Source of the DNA: Opitutaceae bacterium
GTDB lineage: Bacteria; Verrucomicrobiota; Verrucomicrobiia; Opitutales; Opitutaceae
Assembly (NCBI GenBank): GCA_039936075.1
Contig: JBDTJA010000286.1
Coordinates: forward strand, 1-60,885
Direction of reading: 5' to 3'
DNA: 60,885 bases
Part shown: positions 31,759 through 40,168 of the stretch, in pieces
How positions within the stretch are numbered: the first letter of the stretch is position 1
Layout: each line of letters starts with the position of its first letter
Made by a program: the position numbers and the translations under genes
The notes under the pieces: model-generated
What the model was told of the DNA's origin: nothing
Database searches by the model: none
Seen by the model: only the letters and a program-made list of their open reading frames with translations

Positions 31759-32742
31759 ATGGCTGTTCAATTCAAAGACTATTACGCAACCCTCGGGGTG
31801 GCCCGCACGGCATCCCCCGACGAAATCAAGCAGGCTTTTCGCAAGCTTGCGCGGATTCATCACCCCGACGTCGCCAAAAACAAGGCGGCCGGAGATGCCA
31901 AATTCAAGGAGATCAATGAGGCGTACGAGGTCTTGGGTGACCCGGAAAAGCGCAAGCGCTACGACGAACTCGGGCCGAATTGGCAGGATGGTGGTGGCCA
32001 GGCCGCTTATGGGGCGGGTCCGCGGGGCCAGTCGAGGAGCGGGCCGGGCGCACCTGATTTCGAGTTCGATGGCACGGGGTTCAGCGATTTTTTCGAATCG
32101 TTTTTCGGCAGTGGACGCGGCGGATCCGCCGGCGCGCGGCGGCGCGGCCCCGTTTCAATGGATGATGACGAAGCCGGTTTTTCTCATCCGGGCAACGACG
32201 TGGAAGCCGACCTCTTGGTCACGCTCGAGGAAGTCCTGGGTGGTTCGCAGCGTAAGGTAACACTCCGGCGCCCCGCGCAAAATGGGGCTGCTGACCAATT
32301 GAACACCTATCAGGTACGCATCCCGGCGGGCGTCCATGACGGCCAGCGCATCCGCTTGGCGGGCCAGGGCGGGGCGGGCTACGGCGGCGGGGCGGCGGGC
32401 GATCTCTATCTCCGCGTGCGGCTGGCGCGGCATCCCGAATTTCGCGTGGAAGGCGTCGATCTACATTTCGATCTGGATCTCGCACCTTGGGAAGCCGTGT
32501 TGGGCGTGACGGTGAAGATCCCGACGCTCGACGGGCAAACATCGTTACGAGTGCCAGCCGGCACGGCCGCCGGCAGTCAATTGCGCCTGCGTGGCTTGGG
32601 CCTGCCAGGCGACGACAAGACCCGGGGCAACTTGTATGCGACCGTGCTGATCCAGGTGCCAGCGACGGTGTCTGCGGAGGAGAAAGCTGAGTGGGAAAAA
32701 TTGGCCAGCACGTCGAAGTTCAATCCGCGAAAAACTTCCTGA
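31759..32742 (+). CDS. cbpA: DnaJ-class co-chaperone without zinc-finger region (CbpA-like)
   Basis: J domain DYYATLGV...HHPDV. Gly/Phe-rich linker, no CxxCxGxG repeats, and two DnaJ C-terminal beta domains. Confidence 0.85.
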   Translation: MAVQFKDYYATLGVARTASPDEIKQAFRKLARIHHPDVAKNKAAGDAKFKEINEAYEVLGDPEKRKRYDELGPNWQDGGGQAAYGAGPRGQSRSGPGAPDFEFDGTGFSDFFESFFGSGRGGSAGARRRGPVSMDDDEAGFSHPGNDVEADLLVTLEEVLGGSQRKVTLRRPAQNGAADQLNTYQVRIPAGVHDGQRIRLAGQGGAGYGGGAAGDLYLRVRLARHPEFRVEGVDLHFDLDLAPWEAVLGVTVKIPTLDGQTSLRVPAGTAAGSQLRLRGLGLPGDDKTRGNLYATVLIQVPATVSAEEKAEWEKLASTSKFNPRKTS

Positions 32743-32943
32743 GGACAGAAATTGTTACAAGCGCTCGTCCATTGTCCGCACCGTTGGGCGATGATGGTCA
32801 TGAGCTGAAGAGCGACATGGGTTCGACTGCACCAGTAAGCAGAAGCGGTGGCAGTCAATCGAGCATGAGCTTCATGGCGGCAGTGACGTGGGCCGGGGCG
32901 CTGCGCTGTGTCATTTTGTAAGTTAAGACCCAGATTGCTACCG

Positions 32944-33135
32944 GGAGTAGGGCAGGGTCTTTGACCCGCAATTCTGTTTCCGTGTCGTGGCGAGAAGTGA
33001 AGCGACGCCCGTTCAGGTAGGAGGCAGAAGGATTGCATCCACCTTCTCCAGGAGCATGGCCGACGGGATAATTTGCCCGACGGGGCGACGAGGAATGACA
33101 ACCGGGAAGGCGGGTCAAAGACCTCGCCCTACTTC
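32944..33135. repeat. 192-nt element closed by a 26-bp imperfect inverted repeat
   Basis: 32944-32969 (GGAGTAGGGCAGGGTCTTTGACCCGC) pairs with 33110-33135 (GCGGGTCAAAGACCTCGCCCTACTTC): 23 Watson-Crick pairs, 2 G-T pairs and 1 mismatch. There is an inner hairpin at 33023-33031/33042-33049. It lies in the 566-bp cbpA-prfC spacer. Confidence 0.8.
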
Positions 33136-33309
33136 GGATTTTGCGCGCAGGGCGGCACGTTAAGACGCGTGAGCTTCACCGGAGGTGCCGACCCCTTCCA
33201 AGACTCGGCGATGGCGCGCTTGAGCCCGCGAAGGCGGGTGGCCGCTTGTTTGCTGCTGACGATCTTGATGATGAGACGGCCTTGGCCGTCACTTGCGCGC
33301 CAGCCGGGT

Positions 33310-34962
33310 CTACAGGCTTTGCTCGAGGGGCAGGTCGTGGAGTTTTAGTTCCGGGTTCTTCTCCGCGAAATAATTCATCGTCCATTCGTTCGGGAAAAGG
33401 ACGATGGGCTGGCCGAGTTTATCGGTCCCAAAGGCCACGCCGCTCGCGACGATGAGGCGGGTGACGTCAGGCAATTTCTCCGCCGGATTCACGGGCGCGA
33501 GCCACTTCATAAGCGTCCAATTGCACGGATCGAGGCGCGAGGCAGCGCCGTACTCGCTCTCGAGGCGAAACTGCACGACTTCGAACTGCAGCGCGCCGAC
33601 CGCGGCGAGTAGAGTGGAGGTCGTCATGCCGGCGCGGAGCGTGATGGATTGCACGACTCCTTCCTGCAGCAGCTGGTCGAGGCCAGCGCGGAATTTTTTC
33701 GCGTCGGATGGATTCGGGTTGGTGATGAAGGTGAAGACCTCAGGCGGAAAGCGGGGAATTTCGTCGTAAGCGATTGCACGGTCCTCGGTCAGCGTGTCGC
33801 CAATTCCGAATTCATTATGGCCGACGAGGCCGATGACATCGCCCGGCCATGCCTCGTCCACGGTCTCGCGGTCCTGCCCAAAGAGTTTGTGGGACGACGA
33901 AAGCCGGACGGTTTTGCCGGTGCGCTGATGCGTGACGAGCATGTCGCGGGTGAACTTACCTGAGCAGATGCGCACGAACGCGATGCGGTCCCGGTGCTTG
34001 GGATCCATGTTGGCCTGAATCTTGAAGACGAACGCAGAGAAACGGGGATAATCCACGGGCACGATCTCACCGACCGTGGTCGGCTGATTCGAGTGGCCGG
34101 CGGAAATGGGAATGATGGCGTTGCGGTGCGGCTGGGGTGGGACGGAATCGTGAAGAAAACCATCGAGCAGCAGCTGGATGCCGAAGTTGTTCACGGCGCT
34201 GCCGAAATAGACCGGCGTCTGCTGGCCGGCGCGCACGGCGGCGAGGTCGAAGGTATGACCGGCGCCGTCGAGCATGGCCAGTTGCTCGGTGACTTGGGCG
34301 AACGTATAGTCATCGAGCTTTTCGCGAACGGCGGGCGCCTCGAGCGAGGTGACGTTGACCGGCGCCTGGTATTTGCCGCCGGCGACGCGCTCGAACAGAT
34401 GAACTTCGCGTGTGCGGCGGTCGAAGACTCCGCGGAATGAGGGACCGTTGCCGAGTGGCCAGATCACGGGCGACGACTGGAGGCCGAGCACCTGCTCGAG
34501 CTCGTCCAGGAGCTCGAGGGCGTTGCGCGTGGGCCGATCACACTTGTTCATGAACGTGAAGATCGGGACGCCGCGGCGCCGGCAGACTTCGAAGAGTTTG
34601 CGGGTTTGCGCCTCGATGCCTTTGGCCGCGTCGATCACCATGACGGCGGCGTCGACAGCGGTGAGCACGCGATACGTGTCCTCGGAAAAGTCCTTGTGCC
34701 CCGGCGTATCGAGCAAGTTGACGGCATAACCGGTGTAATCGAACTGCAGGACGGTCGAGCTGATGGAAATGCCCCGCTGTTTCTCGAGTTCCATCCAGTC
34801 AGAGGCGGTGGCGCGCTGATTCTTGCGGGCCGTCACGGCGCCGGCGAGATGGATGGCATTGCCGTACAACAGAAATTTTTCCGTCAACGTGGTCTTGCCG
34901 GCATCCGGGTGGGAGATGATCGCAAAGGTGCGACGACGGGCGATTTCAGCGGCGGGAGACAT
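33310..34962 (-). CDS. prfC: Peptide chain release factor 3
   Basis: ORF 33310..35049, conserved start ATG 34962 (MSPAAEIARRRTFAIISHPDAGKTT). GTPase motifs DTPGH and NKCD. Confidence 0.95.
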   Translation of the reverse strand: MSPAAEIARRRTFAIISHPDAGKTTLTEKFLLYGNAIHLAGAVTARKNQRATASDWMELEKQRGISISSTVLQFDYTGYAVNLLDTPGHKDFSEDTYRVLTAVDAAVMVIDAAKGIEAQTRKLFEVCRRRGVPIFTFMNKCDRPTRNALELLDELEQVLGLQSSPVIWPLGNGPSFRGVFDRRTREVHLFERVAGGKYQAPVNVTSLEAPAVREKLDDYTFAQVTEQLAMLDGAGHTFDLAAVRAGQQTPVYFGSAVNNFGIQLLLDGFLHDSVPPQPHRNAIIPISAGHSNQPTTVGEIVPVDYPRFSAFVFKIQANMDPKHRDRIAFVRICSGKFTRDMLVTHQRTGKTVRLSSSHKLFGQDRETVDEAWPGDVIGLVGHNEFGIGDTLTEDRAIAYDEIPRFPPEVFTFITNPNPSDAKKFRAGLDQLLQEGVVQSITLRAGMTTSTLLAAVGALQFEVVQFRLESEYGAASRLDPCNWTLMKWLAPVNPAEKLPDVTRLIVASGVAFGTDKLGQPIVLFPNEWTMNYFAEKNPELKLHDLPLEQSL

Positions 34963-35102
34963 GCGTAAAACGTTTACGCAAAGGGGCAAAGCCCCGCAGG
35001 GGAAGTCTATTTTCACGGGTTGGACCGTCCTGACCGGGAATGACGGCATTCGGAAAAAAGAGCTTGGCCCGAATAGTGGAAATCGGCAGGAACGACGCCG
35101 TC

Positions 35103-35999
35103 ATGAAATTCCTGAAGTTTCTGGGCTATACGGTGCTCGCTCTGGTCGCGATTGTGGCCGCGTTGGTTTTGGTCGTGTACCTACGGTCCAATTCGAAGCT
35201 GAACCGGATTCATATCGTTACGGTCCAGTCGCCACTGTTGCCGACGGATGCTGGCGCCATCGCGCGCGGTCGGCATCTTGCGGTGACGCGGGGTTGCATG
35301 GAGTGCCATGGGAAGGACTTGGGCGGCCATAAGGTGGTGGATGATCCGGCAATGGGCCGACTGTATGCCCCGAATCTCACGGCGGGACGAGGTGGGCTCA
35401 GTGCGATTTTCCGCGATGAGGATTGGGTGAAAGCGATCCGGCACGGCGTGGCGCCGGATGGGCGCGGGCTCTTTCTCATGCCGTCCACGGACTACTCGCA
35501 TTTTACCGAGTCGGACATGGGCGATCTCGTGGTTTTTCTGAAATCGCTCAAGCCGGTGGACCGCGACAATTTGCCGCTGTCCGTCGGGCCAGTGGCGCGA
35601 GCGCTGATGGTGGCCGGCAAGATCAAGCTGGCGGCCGACGAGATCGACCATGTCAACCTGCGACCCACGATCGTGACCCCGGGAATCACCGTGGAATATG
35701 GCCGGTATGTAGCCGTGGGCTGCACGGGTTGCCATGGGTCAAATTATTCGGGCGGCAAAATCGACATCGGGCCGCCGAACTGGCCGCGGGCGGCGAATTT
35801 GACGCCCGATTCCAGCGGACGGCTGTCAAAGTGGAGCGAGGACGATTTTCTCCGCACCGTGCGCACCGGAAAGCGGCCGGACGGCACCGAATTGAGCCCC
35901 GTGATGCCGCGCGCGTTCGGTCTGATGAATGACACCGAATTGAAGGCCGTGTGGCTGTACCTGAAGACCCTGCCGAGCGTGGCGACCGGCGTGCGGTGA
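35103..35999 (+). CDS. Membrane-anchored di-haem c-type cytochrome
   Basis: ATG 35103 with a TM anchor (MKFLKFLGYTVLALVAIVAALVLVV). Two CxxCH motifs: CMECH and CTGCH. Confidence 0.8.
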   Translation: MKFLKFLGYTVLALVAIVAALVLVVYLRSNSKLNRIHIVTVQSPLLPTDAGAIARGRHLAVTRGCMECHGKDLGGHKVVDDPAMGRLYAPNLTAGRGGLSAIFRDEDWVKAIRHGVAPDGRGLFLMPSTDYSHFTESDMGDLVVFLKSLKPVDRDNLPLSVGPVARALMVAGKIKLAADEIDHVNLRPTIVTPGITVEYGRYVAVGCTGCHGSNYSGGKIDIGPPNWPRAANLTPDSSGRLSKWSEDDFLRTVRTGKRPDGTELSPVMPRAFGLMNDTELKAVWLYLKTLPSVATGVR

Positions 36000-36066
36000 G
36001 TCAGCACTGCGGGCCAGAATGATTTAGAGTTTGGCGCGGGCAGGGGACAGCGGTCAGGGTGACGCC

Positions 36067-37236
36067 ATGTCCGTTCCTACGCTCAAGCTGAAACCCAACG
36101 CCAAGCCACGCGTGCTGGCGGGACACCCGTGGGTGTTTGCCAACGAGGTCGAGGCGCTGCTCCCCGCTGATCAGGACGGCGAAATCGTCGAATGCCGGGA
36201 TCGCGCGGATCGGTTTCTCGGCACGGGCATATACAATTCGAAGTCCCAGATCATCTGGCGGCGCTTCAGCCGCGAACGCGCGGCGCTCAACGGCGCGTAT
36301 CTGCGCGGTGCGCTCGAGCGAGCGCTGGCGCGGCGCGAAGGCATCGCTGGTTCGTGCAAGCGACTGGTGTGGTCGGAATCGGATGATTTGCCCGGCCTCG
36401 TGGTGGACCAGTTTGGCGACACGCTCGTCGTGCAGATCCAGACGGCGGCGATGGAGAAGCGGTCGGTCCTCGTCGGAGACGTGCTGGCCGAGTTGCTGCA
36501 GCCGGCGGAGATTATTTTCCGCAACGACGCCCCCATTCGCCGACTCGAGGGCTTGCCACTCGAGGTCCACACACGCTCGGGTCAGACTTGGGATGCGCGC
36601 TGGATGACGATCGATGGCATGGAATACTGGCTCGACCTGCAGAACGGCCAAAAGACGGGATTTTATCTCGACCAGCGTGCGCAGCATCCGTTGGTGGCGA
36701 AGTTCTGCGCGGGCAAACGGGTGCTTGATGCGTTTTGCAACCAAGGACCCTTTGCCCTTCACGCCGCGCGCGCGGGAGCGACAAAAGTGCTCGGGCTCGA
36801 CAGCGCGGAGGACGCGATCGCGGCGGCGCGGCGCAACGCGGAGAAGAACGGCGTGAAGGCGGAGTTTGGCGTGGCGAATGTCTTTGACTGGCTCAACGAC
36901 GCCTCGCGCGCGGGCGAGCCGCTGTGGGATGTCATCATTCTCGATCCGCCGCCGTTCGCCAAATCGAAGAGCGCACTCGAGGGCGCATTGCGCGGATACA
37001 AGGAAATCAACCTGCGGGCCCTGCAGCGGCTCGCGCCGGGCGGTATCCTGGCGACGTACACGTGCTCGCATCACATGCAGGATGCGGAATTGCGCGGAGT
37101 GCTGGCCGACGCGGCGGCCGATGCGAAGCGGAAGGTGAGGGTGCGGGAGTTCTGCCACCAGCCGCCCGATCATCCCGTGCTCGTGACCATGATGGAAAGT
37201 GAGTATCTGCGCGGGTACATTGTGCAGGCGGAGTAA
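36067..37236 (+). CDS. rlmI: Class I SAM-dependent rRNA methyltransferase (RlmI-like, PUA + MTase)
   Basis: ATG 36067 (MSVPTLKLKPNAKPRVLAGHPWVF). SAM-binding VLDAFCNQG and catalytic-region DPPPF. Confidence 0.85.
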   Translation: MSVPTLKLKPNAKPRVLAGHPWVFANEVEALLPADQDGEIVECRDRADRFLGTGIYNSKSQIIWRRFSRERAALNGAYLRGALERALARREGIAGSCKRLVWSESDDLPGLVVDQFGDTLVVQIQTAAMEKRSVLVGDVLAELLQPAEIIFRNDAPIRRLEGLPLEVHTRSGQTWDARWMTIDGMEYWLDLQNGQKTGFYLDQRAQHPLVAKFCAGKRVLDAFCNQGPFALHAARAGATKVLGLDSAEDAIAAARRNAEKNGVKAEFGVANVFDWLNDASRAGEPLWDVIILDPPPFAKSKSALEGALRGYKEINLRALQRLAPGGILATYTCSHHMQDAELRGVLADAAADAKRKVRVREFCHQPPDHPVLVTMMESEYLRGYIVQAE

Positions 37237-37455
37237 ACCGGGCTGAGCCCATATTGGCGCGGATTAGTGAATCATCCAAGGGGCTTTGGGTTAATGGGTT
37301 AACGGAGTACGGCCGCTGCGCATCGATAATGCGCGCACTGGTATGGTTGTTGCAATGGAGAGGCCGTGAAATCGGACGCCGTCGCCAATTCGTTCCCTCA
37401 AACGGGGCATGGACTTGTGCTTGGCGTTCGTCCGCATTCGGCGCGGGCCCGACCG

Positions 37456-38982
37456 ATGGGCATCCCGGGCCGCGAGTACTGGCGGGCGCGGCCGAACGCC
37501 TGGGCGCGAGAATTCTCGGAAGTAATGTGCGCGGTTTTCGGGGTGGCGGTGATGGGCTGGTTCGTGCCGGTGAGCTACCATTTCTTTGGATATATTTACC
37601 TGCTCATGGTGATTGCGCTCAGCTTGCGCGTGGGCCGCTGGCCGGTGTTGTTTGCGGCCGGACTGAGTGCGGTGACGTGGAATTTTGTCTTCATGCCGCC
37701 GCGGCTGGCCTTCGAGATGCCCGACGTCGACGACAGCCTGATGCTGGGCTGCTTTTGTTTCGCGGCCTTGATCGGCGGTCAGCTGACCGCAAGGATTCGC
37801 GAGCGGGAGCGGGACGAACGCCAGCGTGAGCAGAGGTCCGCGGCATTTCTCCACCTGACCCGGGCACTGGCCGCGACGCGCACGCTGGATGAGGCGGTCG
37901 AGGCCGCGCTCCGGCAGGCGGATGAGCTTTTCGCGGCGCGCACGGCAGTATGGTTGGTGGATGAGTCCGGGGCGCTCGTGGCTCACCCCGCCAGTTCATT
38001 CTCTCCGGACACGAACGAGCTGAAGACGGCCACGGCGGCGCTGCATGATGGACTGCGGTGGGGCCGTAACACGGAAGAACTGGGCACCGGCAGAAGCCTG
38101 CACCTGCCGTTGACACGCGCGGGCCACGCGCTCGGCACCTTCGCGGTGCGGTGGCCAGGTGAGTTGGGCCAGCTCAGCTCGAAGCAAAGGGACCTGATTG
38201 ACGGATTTGCCGAGCAGATCGCGCTGTTTGTCGAGCGCGAGCAACTGCGCATGAGTGCGGAGCGGGAAAAGCTGCTGCTGGAATCCGACCGCCTGCACCG
38301 CACGTTGCTGGACAGCGTATCCCATGAGTTGAAAACGCCGCTCGCGGTGTTGCGCTCCGCGACGGAGAAGCTCGGCACGATTGACGAGCAGAAGCGGCTC
38401 ACGCTGACCGGCGAAATCAATCAGGCCACCCGGCGGCTCGACCATCTGGTGGCCAATTTACTCCACCAGACCCGGTTGGAATCCGGCGGGTTGACGCCGC
38501 TCGTCGATTGGTGCGATGCGCGGGACCTCATTGAAGTGGCGCGACGCGCAACCGGCGAGGCCCTGGTGTCCCGGTCAGTCAAAGTGGAAATTCCCCAGGA
38601 CGTGCCGCTCTTCCTCGCGGATGCCGTGCTGATGGAGCACGTGCTGGTCAATCTCCTGTTGAATGCGGCCCGGTACACGCCTGCGGGCAGCCCGATCAGG
38701 CTGACGGCGGGATGGTCGGTCGATCAGGCCCGCATCTACCTTGCGGTGTCCGATTGTGGGTCCGGTATTGCGCCGGAACTGATGCCCCAGCTGTTCCAGA
38801 AATTCCGGCGTGGAACATCGGCTCCGGCGGGCGGCTTGGGGCTCGGACTGTCCATCGTGCGCGGGTTCATGCAGGCGCAAGGTGGCGAAGTGGTGGCGGG
38901 AACGAGCCGGGAAGGCGGGGCATGTTTCACGGTGAGTTTGCCGCATGTCGCGCATGGGAGCGTGCCCAACGATGAGCACTGA
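37456..38982 (+). CDS. Sensor histidine kinase equivalent to the C-terminal half of KdpD (DUF4118 TM block, GAF-like, HisKA, HATPase)
   Basis: ORF 37366..38982. Start is uncertain: GTG 37366, ATG 37456 or ATG 37525. TM block with the FVFMPPR motif, H-box SHELKTPL, and ATPase G-boxes DCGSGI and GLGLSIV. No N-terminal KdpD/Usp sensor domains. Confidence 0.8.
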   Translation: MGIPGREYWRARPNAWAREFSEVMCAVFGVAVMGWFVPVSYHFFGYIYLLMVIALSLRVGRWPVLFAAGLSAVTWNFVFMPPRLAFEMPDVDDSLMLGCFCFAALIGGQLTARIRERERDERQREQRSAAFLHLTRALAATRTLDEAVEAALRQADELFAARTAVWLVDESGALVAHPASSFSPDTNELKTATAALHDGLRWGRNTEELGTGRSLHLPLTRAGHALGTFAVRWPGELGQLSSKQRDLIDGFAEQIALFVEREQLRMSAEREKLLLESDRLHRTLLDSVSHELKTPLAVLRSATEKLGTIDEQKRLTLTGEINQATRRLDHLVANLLHQTRLESGGLTPLVDWCDARDLIEVARRATGEALVSRSVKVEIPQDVPLFLADAVLMEHVLVNLLLNAARYTPAGSPIRLTAGWSVDQARIYLAVSDCGSGIAPELMPQLFQKFRRGTSAPAGGLGLGLSIVRGFMQAQGGEVVAGTSREGGACFTVSLPHVAHGSVPNDEH

Positions 38983-39682
38983 AACAAATCGCCCGGAAGT
39001 GCTGGTGATTGACGACGAAGTGCAGATTCGGCGGTTGCTGCGGATGACGCTGGAGGAGGCGGGTTACGCGGTGCGAGAGGCCGACACGGGCAAGGCTGGA
39101 CTGGAGGAAGTCCTGCGCCGCACCCCGGACGCGATTATTCTGGACCTGGGTTTACCGGGTGAGCCGGGCTTGGAAGTGCTGAAACGCCTCCGCGAATGGA
39201 ATCCGGTCCCCGTGTTGATCCTGTCGGTGTTCGGCCAGGAAGGCAGCAAGATCGCGGGCCTGGATGCGGGCGCGGATGATTACCTGACCAAGCCTTTTGG
39301 GGGCGCCGAACTGCTGGCCCGATTGCGCGCGCTGCTGCGCCGCATCAAACCGGCGGTGGCGACGAACCTCTTTCATTTTGGCCAGGTTGAAGTGGATCTG
39401 GGCCGGCGCCGCGTGACGAAGGCAGGTCAGACTTTGAAACTTACTTCGATGGAGTACGCGTTGCTGCAGCTCTTCATCACGCATCGCGACAAGGTGCTGA
39501 CGCACCGGCAGATTCTCGGGGAGCTATGGGGCCCAAAAGCAGAAACGCAGACTCACTACCTGCGGACTTACATGCTAAGACTGCGACGGAAACTCGAGGA
39601 TGACCTGGATGCGCCGAGGTATTTCCAGACGGAATCCGGGATCGGTTACCGATTCCTCAGTGAGACACCGGTCCACGTTTGA
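38972..39682 (+). CDS. kdpE: OmpR-family response regulator, KdpE-like
   Basis: ATG 38972 overlaps the kinase stop by 11 nt. Receiver VLVIDDE...IILDLGLPG...KP. Winged helix with the KdpE-typical HYLRTYMLRLRRKLE...TESGIGYRF. Confidence 0.85.
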   Translation: MSTETNRPEVLVIDDEVQIRRLLRMTLEEAGYAVREADTGKAGLEEVLRRTPDAIILDLGLPGEPGLEVLKRLREWNPVPVLILSVFGQEGSKIAGLDAGADDYLTKPFGGAELLARLRALLRRIKPAVATNLFHFGQVEVDLGRRRVTKAGQTLKLTSMEYALLQLFITHRDKVLTHRQILGELWGPKAETQTHYLRTYMLRLRRKLEDDLDAPRYFQTESGIGYRFLSETPVHV

Positions 39683-40168
39683 CCCGGTTTTGGCCGAGTT
39701 CACCACGACTCTGGTTCCGCGTTAGGGTCACCGCGGGGGTCACGGGCTGTACATCTTTTGTTCATAAAACAGCGTTAACTATCAACGCTCTGTTTATCCG
39801 GTGTGGTATGTCGGGTGCTAAATTGTCGGCGGTAATATGTACCGCACCACCTCAGCACTGAATGCCCGAATTGCCCTGCGGCCGCTGGAGGCGGCGCGCG
39901 GCGGCAGGAAGCGTGCGGCGGCGGCGAAGACTTTCTCCGAATTAGACACTCGGAGAGTATGCACAGTCCAACGGGCGGCCCCCCTATGGTCGGGGGGCCG
40001 CTCCCGGGCGCGCACCGGATCCTCAACGTTGGCGGGCGGCTTGGCCCCGCGGCCGCTGAGTGAGACCCGCCTTTCTGTCTTTCGCGGCCCTGAAGCCTTC
40101 CGGCTCCTGGCCGCTTGGTTTGTTCAACCCATAATCCGCGCGGTTTAAGAAACCCGCTAACACCGACA

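Noticed and set aside
33141-33310. Minus-strand frame reading ...DGQGRLIIKIVSSKQAATRLRGLKRAIAESWKG..., which looks protein-like and might be a gene remnant.
   Set aside because: There is no start codon of any type after the upstream in-frame stop. It overlaps the prfC end and I recognised no family. At best it is an undecidable pseudogene fragment.
40086-40112. Minus-strand hairpin GGCC-AGG-AGCC-GGAA-GGCU-UCAG-GGCC, reminiscent of SRP RNA domain IV.
   Set aside because: The highly conserved GGAAGCAGC 3' side is missing. The flanking sequence does not form the extended helix 5/8. The location is antisense in the amt leader.
40108-40123. Sigma-54-like TGGCCG-N5-TTTG upstream of amt.
   Set aside because: The -12 element is off by one nucleotide and lacks the GC dinucleotide. 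The match is too weak to call.
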